This document shows positions 36,375 to 44,685 of a stretch of DNA of 64,000 nucleotides, in pieces; the stretch's first letter is position 1, and every line of letters starts with the position of its first letter. The DNA comes from an uncultured Gemmatimonas sp. GTDB taxonomy: Bacteria; Latescibacterota; UBA2968; SICM01. The notes under the pieces are model-generated. The model did no database searches, was not told where the DNA came from, and saw only the letters and a program-made list of their open reading frames with translations. The stretch is from the NCBI GenBank assembly GCA_964428665.1, contig CAYRZX010000002.1, positions 4,037-68,036 on the forward strand, given 5' to 3'. Both the position numbers and the translations under genes were made by a program.

Positions 36375-37586
36375 TCAGAACTTCAGCTCCCAGAGTTCGT
36401 CGCTGAACCCCTTCGTGCTGTGCCCGCCGAAAAGCAGGACCCGGGCGTTGGTCGAATCCACGACAGCGTCGTGGCTGTAGCGCGGCGCCGGGATCGAGCC
36501 CTCAAAGGTGAGCTTCGCCCACGCCCCCCCCGCAGCGTCAAAGGTCCAGGTGTCGTTCGTCAGACCCTCGGCCGCGCTCCCCCCGATCAGGAGCGCGCGC
36601 CGGACGGCCGGGTCGTAGGCCAGCGCCGGGTTCGTGCGCGCCCCCGGCGCAGCCCCGGACGGCCTTAGCTCCGTCCATACATTCGTCCTCAGGTCAAACG
36701 CCCAGAGGTCCCCCAGGGGGCAGGGGCCAAACCCGGACGCGCACCCCCCGAACAGGAGCATGCGGTCCCCCCCCGCGTCGTACACGGCCTCGTGCAGGCA
36801 GCGCTTCAGCGGCCTGGGGCCGCTCGCCGGCGTCAGGTCCGTCCAGGCGTTCCGGCCCAGGTCGAACGCCCAGGTGTCGTCGAACCGCCCCTGAGACGTG
36901 AACCCGTGCGAGATGACCATCCGGTTGCGGGGCGCGTCAAAGACGGCCGAGGAGCCGTAGCGGACCGTCGGCCGGTCCCCCGCAGCGGCCAGCTCCTGCC
37001 ACACCTCCCGCCCCAGGTCGAACGCCCACACGTCGTTGAAGAACCCCGCGCTGCTCTGCCCGCAGAAGATCACCACGCGCCCGCGCGGCGCGTCGTAAAT
37101 GGCCGTGTGCCCGTGGCGCGCCGGCGGCGACGGGGAGACCTTGACCTCCCGCCAGGAGCGGCCCTCCAGGTCGAAGACCCACGTGTCTCCGAGCGAACTG
37201 GGGGCGCGCCCCCCGAAGACGACCAGGCGGTTGCGAGTCGGGTCGAGCGTGAGCGTATGGTCGAACCGCCCCGGAGGGCCGGCGCTCGTCGCAGCGATGG
37301 ACGCCCAGCCGGGCGTGCGTGAGGGGCCGGACGAGGCCATCTTCCCGAAGTCGGCGGCAAACAGGAAGAAATCCTCCAGGTCCACCGACCCCTTGCCGTC
37401 CAGGTCGAACTTCGCGCTGAACCTCGCCTCCCCCTGCCGCGCCCCGAACCCCTCCGCGAACAGGAAGAAGTCGTCGAAGGTGACGACGCCGTCCCCGTTG
37501 AAATCGGCCCGCAGCGCCGTCTGCGCCCGCAGAAGCCCGAACGACAGGGACAGGACCCCCATAAAAAAGACCGCGCGTCTGGCCAC
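36375..37586 (-). CDS. Secreted dockerin-repeat + Kelch beta-propeller protein
   Basis: GTG at 37586 lies 6 nt after AGGAGGG, giving a signal peptide RRAVFFMGVLSLSFGLLRAQTA. Two dockerin/EF-hand-like units (DFNGDGVVTFDDFFLFAEGFG, DLDGKGSVDLEDFFLFAADFG) are followed by about 6 Kelch-like repeats (R..H......R....FGG.......D.W.FD). Confidence 0.8.
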   Translation of the reverse strand: MARRAVFFMGVLSLSFGLLRAQTALRADFNGDGVVTFDDFFLFAEGFGARQGEARFSAKFDLDGKGSVDLEDFFLFAADFGKMASSGPSRTPGWASIAATSAGPPGRFDHTLTLDPTRNRLVVFGGRAPSSLGDTWVFDLEGRSWREVKVSPSPPARHGHTAIYDAPRGRVVIFCGQSSAGFFNDVWAFDLGREVWQELAAAGDRPTVRYGSSAVFDAPRNRMVISHGFTSQGRFDDTWAFDLGRNAWTDLTPASGPRPLKRCLHEAVYDAGGDRMLLFGGCASGFGPCPLGDLWAFDLRTNVWTELRPSGAAPGARTNPALAYDPAVRRALLIGGSAAEGLTNDTWTFDAAGGAWAKLTFEGSIPAPRYSHDAVVDSTNARVLLFGGHSTKGFSDELWELKF

Positions 37587-37714
37587 GTCAAGCCCTCCTG
37601 ATCCGGTCCATAAGGCGGATAGAGACTCCACCCCTCCTCCCAGGATCATGGTAGCGTAAAAGAGAGGTGGTGTCAAATGGAAACCCCGCGAGAGGGCTTA
37701 TTTTGGACTCGCCC

Positions 37715-37743
37715 TTGATTCATGGCGCTGAAAGCACTATATT
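37715..37743 (+). promoter_or_regulatory. Candidate promoter (TTGATT-N17-TATATT) for the aminotransferase gene
   Basis: Pattern match in the divergent intergenic region. It predicts a leader of about 135 nt. Confidence 0.4.
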
Positions 37744-37841
37744 TAAGCGGAAAAGGGGGAGGACCCCCTGATATAACCGTCCCCGGCCCCGCAAAGGGTC
37801 TTCCGATGAGTCCCGTATTCGCTTATTTTTCAATAAAATAT

Positions 37842-37873
37842 GAGGCTTACGCAAAAATCGGTAAGCCTCTTTT
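37842..37873 (+). terminator. Terminator-like hairpin in the 5' leader, 13 nt before the ATG (candidate attenuator)
   Basis: GAGGCTTAC (37842-37850), a 10-nt loop, GTAAGCCTC (37861-37869), then TTTT. No upstream plus-strand gene exists for it to terminate. Confidence 0.45.
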
Positions 37874-37885
37874 CGTAACCTGATC

Positions 37886-39100
37886 ATGGCAAACCCTGAC
37901 GAGGCGTCCTCCTCCCGGCCAGAAGAGGAGTCCTTCTGGAAAAAAATCCGGGGCCAGTTCCTGCTCGGCCCCGGCGAGATCTACCTGAACACAGGCTCGT
38001 TCGGCGCTGTCCCGCGCCCCGTCTTCGACTGCGCCATAGACGCCATGCGCCGGCGGGAATTGAACCCCACCCGGCAGACCGAGGCCGGGAACCTCGGCGT
38101 CTCGGAGGCCCGGCGGAGACTGGCCTCCTTCCTGAACGTCGCCCCCGAAGACCTCGCCTTCACGTTTAACGTCACGATGTCGATAAACATGATAGTGCAC
38201 GGGCTGACGTGGGAGGCCGGGGACGAGATCCTGACCTCGGACCAGGAATACGGGGCCATCGACAACTGCCTCCACCTGGCGACCCGGAAATACGGCGTGG
38301 CCGTGAAGCGCGCGCAGATTCCCATCCCCCCGCCCGGCCCCGAAGCGGTCCTGGACGCCTTCGCGCAGGGCATCACGCCCCGGACGCGCCTGATCGTCGT
38401 CAGCCACATCGCCACGCGCACCGGGCTGATCACCCCCCTCAAGCGGCTAACGGAACTGGCCCGCCAGCGGGGCGTCCTGATCGCCGTGGACGGGGCGCAC
38501 GCCCCCGGCATGATCCCCCTGGACCTGACGGACCTGGGATGCGACTTCTACGGCGGCAACTGCCACAAGTGGCTCTGCGCCCCCAAAGGGACCGGCTTCC
38601 TCCACGCCCGGCCCGAGGTCCAGCCCCGGCTCCGGCACGTCGTCGTGAGCTGGGGCTACAGCCAGCAGGGCGCGACACCGGGAGAGGGCGGACGGCCTCA
38701 GATCAACGGACGCCCCGCCCTGCACGGCCTGGAGATGTGGGGCACCCGCGACCTGGCGCACTTCGAGGCCGTGGGCGCAGCCGTGGACTTTCAGGAGCGC
38801 ATCGGCAGGGAGCGCATCGCGGCCCGCGGACGCCGGATAGCGGCCTACCTGCGCGAGCGGATGCAGGAGCTGGACGGCGTCAGACTGCTCACACCCGCGC
38901 CCCCGGAGATGTCGGGGTCCATCTCCTCCTTTGAGCTTTCAGGATTCGACGGAGTGAGCGTGGGGAAGGAACTCTACGAGCGGCATCGCATCACGGTCCC
39001 GTGCAACCCCACCTGGATGCGCGTCTCCACCCACTACTACAACGGGTTCGAGGAGGTGGACGCCCTCCTAAAGGGACTCAAGGCCCTGCGCGTGCGGTGA
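37886..39100 (+). CDS. Class V aminotransferase (cysteine desulfurase / isopenicillin-N epimerase-like)
   Basis: Motifs YLNTGSFG, VVSHIATRTG and DFYGGNCHKWLCAPKGTGFL (PLP lysine). Confidence 0.85.
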   Translation: MANPDEASSSRPEEESFWKKIRGQFLLGPGEIYLNTGSFGAVPRPVFDCAIDAMRRRELNPTRQTEAGNLGVSEARRRLASFLNVAPEDLAFTFNVTMSINMIVHGLTWEAGDEILTSDQEYGAIDNCLHLATRKYGVAVKRAQIPIPPPGPEAVLDAFAQGITPRTRLIVVSHIATRTGLITPLKRLTELARQRGVLIAVDGAHAPGMIPLDLTDLGCDFYGGNCHKWLCAPKGTGFLHARPEVQPRLRHVVVSWGYSQQGATPGEGGRPQINGRPALHGLEMWGTRDLAHFEAVGAAVDFQERIGRERIAARGRRIAAYLRERMQELDGVRLLTPAPPEMSGSISSFELSGFDGVSVGKELYERHRITVPCNPTWMRVSTHYYNGFEEVDALLKGLKALRVR

Positions 39101-39122
39101 GAATAGCCCGCGAGAATATCTG

Positions 39123-39151
39123 TTGACAAAGCGAAATTATTCTTGTAATAT
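39123..39151 (+). promoter_or_regulatory. Near-consensus sigma70 promoter (TTGACA-N17-TAATAT)
   Basis: TTGACA at 39123-39128 and TAATAT at 39146-39151. A 10-nt direct repeat CCGGAGCGCC (39179-39188 and 39192-39201) lies in the short leader before the ATG at 39206. Confidence 0.6.
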
Positions 39152-39205
39152 ACCAGAATATAAGGAATTATCCCCGTCCCGGAGCGCCCATCCGGAGCGC
39201 CAGAT

Positions 39206-40645
39206 ATGATGTGGTCCAATCTCTTCAACAAGGGTAAAGAGGTCAAAAAGATCTCCCTCGAGCAGGTCCTGGACAGGCTCGTGGACTATAACCCCAAGAC
39301 CGCCAACTGTGTCCTGATCAAGACCTCAGAGGGTCTGGAGGTCAACGAGGACTTTGGCCGGGCGTTCCTGTTCCGGTTCGGGGACAAGCTCTACATCGAC
39401 GACCAGGCCATTTACATCACGACGCCCGACGGCATCAAGGCGGAGTCCGGCTATCACCTCGACAAAGGGCATATCCTCCACCTCTCCTTCCTCCACAACC
39501 GGGTCCCGCACACGATGGACTGCCGGGTGATCGACCGCATCCGCTTCCCGAACGACGTCCTGGCCAACCTGGACCCCCGGATGCCGGGGGCGTTCAAGCT
39601 GAAGCCCGTGGGCGACGTCCTGAAAAAGGACAAGCGCTCCTCCCTCCGGTTCACCCACAAAGTGGGGCGGGGGGCGATGAAGGTCTACACGCAGATCCTG
39701 TTCGACCTCTTCGTGTCCAGGACGAATTTCACCTATCCCACCCAGGGAGGCTTGCCCCCCCGGATCACGGACCTGCAGGTGACGGGCTACATCAGCGCAA
39801 ACGACCTGCCGGCGGACCCGGAGGCGGTCGTCAAGTTCCTGAAGAACTCCCTTCGGAGCAACCCCCGGGAGGACCGCGTCGTCTACGTCAGCAAGCCGCA
39901 CATGGACGAGCGCACCAACCGGGTCTCCCTGGCGGCCCTCGGCCACTCCTCCGTCCTGGGCCTGGAGAACCCGCGGGAGGGGGAGCGCACGCTGTTCATC
40001 AAAAAGCCCACCAAGATGAGTTCGGACCGGAAGAGCCCGAACAACCTGCGGGAGAGCGACCAGATCCTGCTGGGCTACCAGGCCAAAAGCCTGCTGGATT
40101 TCAAAATGGAATACTACGAGCTGGTCGCGGAGGTGGTGCGGGTCGGCACGGAGAACCTCACCGTCCGCCCTAAAGAGACCTTCCGGAGGGAGAGCGGCCT
40201 GGGGGCGGAGCTGGTCGACTTCAGCGTCGGGGGGATAAAGGTCGAGGCCGATAAGTCGCTCCTCGACTACTTCCTGGGCGACCTGCGCCATCAGCCCGTC
40301 GAGGCGCAGCAGGCCGCCCTCCAGGACATGGCGATCCTGCTCAACTTCTACCCGAAGCTCCGCTTCAACCGGGAGACCGAGATCTACAAACCGGACGTCC
40401 CGCTGAAGATTCAGATCCTCGGCAAGGTGGCCCGCTCCGAAGTCTCCCCCGCCCGCGCCGACGAAGCGCCGGAGATCCAGGCCCTGGGGATCAAGTTCAT
40501 GTACGACCCCGCCGAATATTCGCGCGACGCGCATACCTTCGACCGGTGGGAGCGCATCCGGGAGTTCAAGGAGAACCGGCACTTCCGGGAGATCCACACC
40601 TCTCTGAACGGCCTCATCGCCTTTCTGGAGAGCCAGAGCAGATAG
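39206..40645 (+). CDS. Hypothetical protein with a C-terminal PilZ-like beta-barrel (non-canonical c-di-GMP motifs)
   Basis: 479 aa. DFSVGGIKVE (a D.S..G motif), then LLNFYPKL..IQILGKVAR..ALGIKFMYD fits a PilZ barrel, but the RxxxR element (FRRESG) lies too close. An RSSLR motif is present in the first half. Domain call is tentative. Confidence 0.55.
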   Translation: MMWSNLFNKGKEVKKISLEQVLDRLVDYNPKTANCVLIKTSEGLEVNEDFGRAFLFRFGDKLYIDDQAIYITTPDGIKAESGYHLDKGHILHLSFLHNRVPHTMDCRVIDRIRFPNDVLANLDPRMPGAFKLKPVGDVLKKDKRSSLRFTHKVGRGAMKVYTQILFDLFVSRTNFTYPTQGGLPPRITDLQVTGYISANDLPADPEAVVKFLKNSLRSNPREDRVVYVSKPHMDERTNRVSLAALGHSSVLGLENPREGERTLFIKKPTKMSSDRKSPNNLRESDQILLGYQAKSLLDFKMEYYELVAEVVRVGTENLTVRPKETFRRESGLGAELVDFSVGGIKVEADKSLLDYFLGDLRHQPVEAQQAALQDMAILLNFYPKLRFNRETEIYKPDVPLKIQILGKVARSEVSPARADEAPEIQALGIKFMYDPAEYSRDAHTFDRWERIREFKENRHFREIHTSLNGLIAFLESQSR

Positions 40646-40647
40646 AT

Positions 40648-40750
40648 CAGTCCAGAGCACGCCCTGAGCACGTCGGAGGGGCACGAGTCCAGAGTCGCGA
40701 GTCCAGAGTCAGATGCGATAGGTCGTGAAGACATGGACCTGTGACTCACG
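40648..40750. repeat. Short-period repeat tract (GAGTCCAGAGT units) between the PilZ-like gene and hisG
   Basis: cagtccagagcacgccctgagcacg..gcacgagtccagagtcgcgagtccagagtcag. Shares GAGTCCAGAG with the tract at 60159. Confidence 0.7.
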
Positions 40751-40791
40751 ATTCGCCGTTCTGGACTTATTTTTTGAAGGAATGCGCCGCC

Positions 40792-41670
40792 ATGAAGCGA
40801 CTCAAGATCGGCCTCCCCTCCGGCAGCCTTCAGGAGGCCACCCTCAAGCTGTTCGCCAAAGCAGGTTATAGAATCACGGTCAGCCCCCGCTCCTACATCC
40901 CCGACATCGACGACCCGGAGCTGGAGGGGGTGCTGATCCGGCCGCAGGAGATCCCGCGCTACGTGGAGCGGGAGGTGCTGGACGTGGGGCTGGCGGGGAA
41001 AGATCTGATCCTGGAGAGCGGGGCGGACGTGGTGGAGGTCGCGGAGATGACCTACAGCAAGACCGTATCGCGCCCCTATGTGTGGGTGATCGCCGTGCCG
41101 GAGGAGTCCCCCATCCAGACTCTAAAGGACCTCCAGGGGAAACGGATCGCCACAGAGCTGCCCAATGCCACGAAACAGTTCCTGGCCTCCAAGGGCATCA
41201 AGGCCGAGGTGGAGTACTCCTGGGGATCGACCGAGGTAAAAGTCCGCATCCCCGGCCTGGTGGACGCCATCGTGGACGGCACGGAGACGGGGTCCTCGCT
41301 CCGCGCCAACCGCCTCCGGGTCGTGGAGACCATGTTCGAGTCCACGCCCCGGCTCATCGCCAACCGTCAGGCGTGGCAGGACCCCTGGAAGCGGGAGAAG
41401 GCCGAGAACGTCGTCATGCTCCTCCGGGCGGCCCTGGAGGCCGAGCCGAAGGTGGGCCTGAAGATGAACGTCTCCCGCAAGAACCTGGGCGTGGTGCTCG
41501 CCAGCCTTCCGGCCCTGAACACCCCCACCGTCTCCAACCTGACGGACCCCGACTGGGTGGCCCTGGAGATCATCACCGACGAGCAGGTCGTCCGGGAACT
41601 CATCCCGAAGCTCAAGCGGGCCGGGGCCGAGGGCATCATCGAGTACCCGCTGAACAAGGTCGTGTATTAG
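40792..41670 (+). CDS. hisG: ATP phosphoribosyltransferase, long form
   Basis: ATG at 40792. Motifs [27 protein letters not shown] and [20 protein letters not shown], plus a C-terminal regulatory domain. Confidence 0.9.
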   Translation: MKRLKIGLPSGSLQEATLKLFAKAGYRITVSPRSYIPDIDDPELEGVLIRPQEIPRYVEREVLDVGLAGKDLILESGADVVEVAEMTYSKTVSRPYVWVIAVPEESPIQTLKDLQGKRIATELPNATKQFLASKGIKAEVEYSWGSTEVKVRIPGLVDAIVDGTETGSSLRANRLRVVETMFESTPRLIANRQAWQDPWKREKAENVVMLLRAALEAEPKVGLKMNVSRKNLGVVLASLPALNTPTVSNLTDPDWVALEIITDEQVVRELIPKLKRAGAEGIIEYPLNKVVY

Positions 41671-41674
41671 GGTC

Positions 41675-42973
41675 ATGATCGAAATCATCACCTATCGTCC
41701 CGACCTCAAGGACGCCAAGCTAAACGCCATCCTCTCCCGAGGCGCCGACCTCACCCCGGAGATCGAGGCCGTCGTCCGGGAGATCGTCGCCGCAGTCCGG
41801 GAGCGGGGGGACGAGGCCCTCGCGGAATTTACCCGGAGGTTCGACGGGGTCGGCCTGCGACCCGACGCCTTCCGGGTCCCGGAGGCTGAGATCGACGCGG
41901 CCTGTCGCGCGGCCGACCCCGGCCTGCTCGACGCCCTTCGGGCCGCCGCCGACAACCTCCGCCGCTTTCACGAGCCCCAGCGCCTCCACTCCTACTTCAT
42001 CAACGATGCAGACGGCGTGATCCTGGGCAAGCGGGCGCTCCCCATCGGGCGCGTGGCCCTCCTCATCCCGGGCGCCAGCGCCCCCCTGTTCTCCACCGTC
42101 CTGATGGCCGCCATCCCCGCGCAGGTCGCCGGAGTGCCGCAGGTCTGCATGGCCACCCCCCCGCAGCCCGACGGCCGGGTCCACCCCGCCGTGCTGGCCG
42201 CCGCCCGGATCGCCGGCATCCGGGAGGTCTACAGGGTCTTCGGCGCTCAGGCCGTCGCGGCCCTCGCCTACGGGACGCAGACCATCCCGAAAGCGGACAA
42301 GATCGTCGGCCCCGGAAACCGCTACGTCCAGGCGGCCAAGAAGCAGGTCTTCGGGGACGTCGGCATCGAGATGCTGGCCGGCCCCAGCGAGATCGTCGTC
42401 CTGGCGGACGAGTCTGCGGACCCCCGGCACGTCGCCGCCGACCTCCTGTCCCAGGCCGAGCACGGGACCGGGTTCGAGGCCTCGGTCTGCGTCACGCCCT
42501 CCCAGGCCCTGGCCCAGCAGGTCAGGGACGAAGTCATCCGCCAGACGGAGCGGCTCCCCCGCGCTGGGGCGATCAGAAAGGCCCTGGACAACTTCGGCGC
42601 GATCCTCGTCGTGCCCGACCTGAGCGCAGGCGTGGACCTCGTCAACCGCATCGCGCCGGAGCACGTCGAACTCCTCGTCGCCCGCCCCTGGGAGTGGCTC
42701 GACCGGGTCCGGAACGCCGGGGCCGTCTTCCTCGGCCCGGCCTCCTCCGAGCCGGTGGGGGACTACTTCGCCGGGACGAACCACATCCTCCCCACGAACG
42801 GGGCCGCCCGCTTCGCCTCCTCCCTCGGCGTGGGGGACTTCCTCAAGACCATCAGCGTGGTCGCCTACACGCAGGAACGCCTCGCGAAGACGGCGGGCCA
42901 GATTGTGAAGCTCGCCGAGGCGGAAGGGCTGGACGCCCACGCCGCGGCGATCAGGGCGAGATTTGAAAGGTAA
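41675..42973 (+). CDS. hisD: Histidinol dehydrogenase
   Basis: Motifs IPGASAPLFSTVLM, GPGNRYVQAAK, LLSQAEHG and APEHVEL. Confidence 0.95.
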   Translation: MIEIITYRPDLKDAKLNAILSRGADLTPEIEAVVREIVAAVRERGDEALAEFTRRFDGVGLRPDAFRVPEAEIDAACRAADPGLLDALRAAADNLRRFHEPQRLHSYFINDADGVILGKRALPIGRVALLIPGASAPLFSTVLMAAIPAQVAGVPQVCMATPPQPDGRVHPAVLAAARIAGIREVYRVFGAQAVAALAYGTQTIPKADKIVGPGNRYVQAAKKQVFGDVGIEMLAGPSEIVVLADESADPRHVAADLLSQAEHGTGFEASVCVTPSQALAQQVRDEVIRQTERLPRAGAIRKALDNFGAILVVPDLSAGVDLVNRIAPEHVELLVARPWEWLDRVRNAGAVFLGPASSEPVGDYFAGTNHILPTNGAARFASSLGVGDFLKTISVVAYTQERLAKTAGQIVKLAEAEGLDAHAAAIRARFER

Positions 42974-42975
42974 TC

Positions 42976-44085
42976 GTGAAAGACCCCCTCAAAAAAATCA
43001 AGCCGCAAGTCCGCGCCCTGTCGGCGTATCACCTCAAGCCGTATGACTGCGCGATTAAGCTGAACCAGAACGAGAACCCTTACGACCTCCCGGCGGAGAT
43101 CAAGGAGGAGGTCCTCTCCTTCGCCCGGACCCGGCCCTGGTGCCGCTACCCGGCGTTCGTGCCCGACGACCTGATCGCCACCTTTGCGGAGCACTACGGC
43201 TGGACCAGAGAGGGCATCCTGGTCGGCAACGGCTCCAACGAGCTGATCCTGGCCACCCTCATGGTGACCCTCGGCCCCGGCGCGCGCGTCCTGATCCCGG
43301 TCCCCACCTTCACGCTCTACAAACTGGAGAGCACCGTGATGGGCGCGGAGGTGGCCACCGTCCACCTCGGGCCGGACTACACCTTCGACCTGGACGCCCT
43401 CCGCCTGGCCATCCGGGAGCAGATGGCCGACCTGGTCGTGATCTGCTCCCCCAACAACCCGACCGGGTGCATCCTTGAAAACGACGACCTGGAGGCGATC
43501 CTGAAGGAGACCGACGCCCTCGTCGCCGTGGACGAGGCGTATCACGAGTTCTGCGACCGCCCCTCCTGCGTCGGCCTGCTGAGCCGCCACCCCAACCTGA
43601 TCGTCCTCCGGACCTTCTCGAAGGCGATGGCCATGGCCGGCCTCCGGGTCGGCTGTCTCCTCGCCCACCCCGACCTGGCCCGGGAGATCGGCAAGGCCAA
43701 ACTCCCTTACAACCTCAACTTCTTCTCCCACGCGGCGGCGACGGTCGCGATCAAACACCGGGCGACCCTGCGGGAGCGCATCGACCACCTGAGAGGGCAG
43801 CGGGACTTCGTCTACCGGAACCTCCGGGAGATCCGGGGCGTGCGCCCCTACCCCTCCCACGCCAACTTCATCCTGTTCGAGGTGGAGGACCCGAAGCGGG
43901 TCTTCGACGGCCTGGCCGCGCGGGGCATCCTCATCCGGGATGTGAGCCACTACCCGATGCTTTCGAAGGCCCTCCGCGTGAGCGTCGGCACGGACGAGGA
44001 GAATGAAACGTTTTTAAAGGCATTGAAAGAGGTCATGGTATCCTGTTCTCCCCCTTCCCTTCAGGGAAGGGGGCCGGGGGGTTAG
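42976..44085 (+). CDS. hisC: Histidinol-phosphate aminotransferase (C-terminus extended through a GC hairpin)
   Basis: GTG start. Motifs IKLNQNENPYDLP, GNGSNELI and TFSKAMAMAGLRVG (PLP Lys). The tail SPPSLQGRGPGG is encoded by the hairpin at 44050. Confidence 0.9.
   Translation: MKDPLKKIKPQVRALSAYHLKPYDCAIKLNQNENPYDLPAEIKEEVLSFARTRPWCRYPAFVPDDLIATFAEHYGWTREGILVGNGSNELILATLMVTLGPGARVLIPVPTFTLYKLESTVMGAEVATVHLGPDYTFDLDALRLAIREQMADLVVICSPNNPTGCILENDDLEAILKETDALVAVDEAYHEFCDRPSCVGLLSRHPNLIVLRTFSKAMAMAGLRVGCLLAHPDLAREIGKAKLPYNLNFFSHAAATVAIKHRATLRERIDHLRGQRDFVYRNLREIRGVRPYPSHANFILFEVEDPKRVFDGLAARGILIRDVSHYPMLSKALRVSVGTDEENETFLKALKEVMVSCSPPSLQGRGPGG
44050..44073. repeat. 10-bp G/C-tract hairpin at the hisC 3' end
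   Basis: CCCCCTTCCC-TTCA-GGGAAGGGGG. Confidence 0.85.
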
Positions 44086-44094
44086 GTCGGTTTT

Positions 44095-44685
44095 ATGAAA
44101 AAACGCTCCGCCACCATTCAGCGCAAGACCACCGAGACCGATGTCGCCCTGTCCCTCACCCTGGACGGGACCGGGACCTATCAGGTCCAGACCGGCGTCG
44201 GCTTCTTCGATCACATGCTCTCCGCCTTCGCCCGGCACGGCCTGTTCGACCTGAAGGCCACCTGCAAGGGGGACCTCCACGTGGACGCCCACCACACGGT
44301 GGAGGACGTCGGCATCTGCCTCGGGCAGGCCTTCCACCAGGCCCTCGGTGACAGGAGCGGCATCGCGCGCTTCGGCTTCAGCTACGTCCCGATGGACGAG
44401 GCCCTGGCGCGCGCCGCGGTCGACCTGTCGGGCCGGCCCTACTTCGTCTACAACGCCCCGCTCGTCGAGGAGCGCATCGGGGACTTTCCGGCGGCCCTGG
44501 CGCGGGAGTTCTTCCGCGCCGTGGCGGACAACGCCCGCGCCAACGTCCACCTCGACCTGATCCGGTGCGACAACGCCCACCACGGCGTGGAGGCCCTGTT
44601 CAAGGCCCTGGGGCGCGCCCTGAGCCAGGCGTGCGCCCTCGACCCCCGGATTCAGGGGCCCCTGTCCACGAAGGGGAGCCTGTGA
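44095..44685 (+). CDS. hisB: Imidazoleglycerol-phosphate dehydratase
   Basis: Motifs RKTTETDV, GVGFFDHML and DLHVDAHHTVEDVGI..G; NAHHGVEALFKA. Confidence 0.95.
   Translation: MKKRSATIQRKTTETDVALSLTLDGTGTYQVQTGVGFFDHMLSAFARHGLFDLKATCKGDLHVDAHHTVEDVGICLGQAFHQALGDRSGIARFGFSYVPMDEALARAAVDLSGRPYFVYNAPLVEERIGDFPAALAREFFRAVADNARANVHLDLIRCDNAHHGVEALFKALGRALSQACALDPRIQGPLSTKGSL

Noticed and set aside
37655-37700. AAGAGAGGTGG resembling the 5' part of a SAM-I riboswitch.
   Set aside because: The rest of the SAM-I consensus (GGAGGGA..GCCC..kink-turn, P3/P4) is absent. The segment also lies upstream of the predicted promoter.
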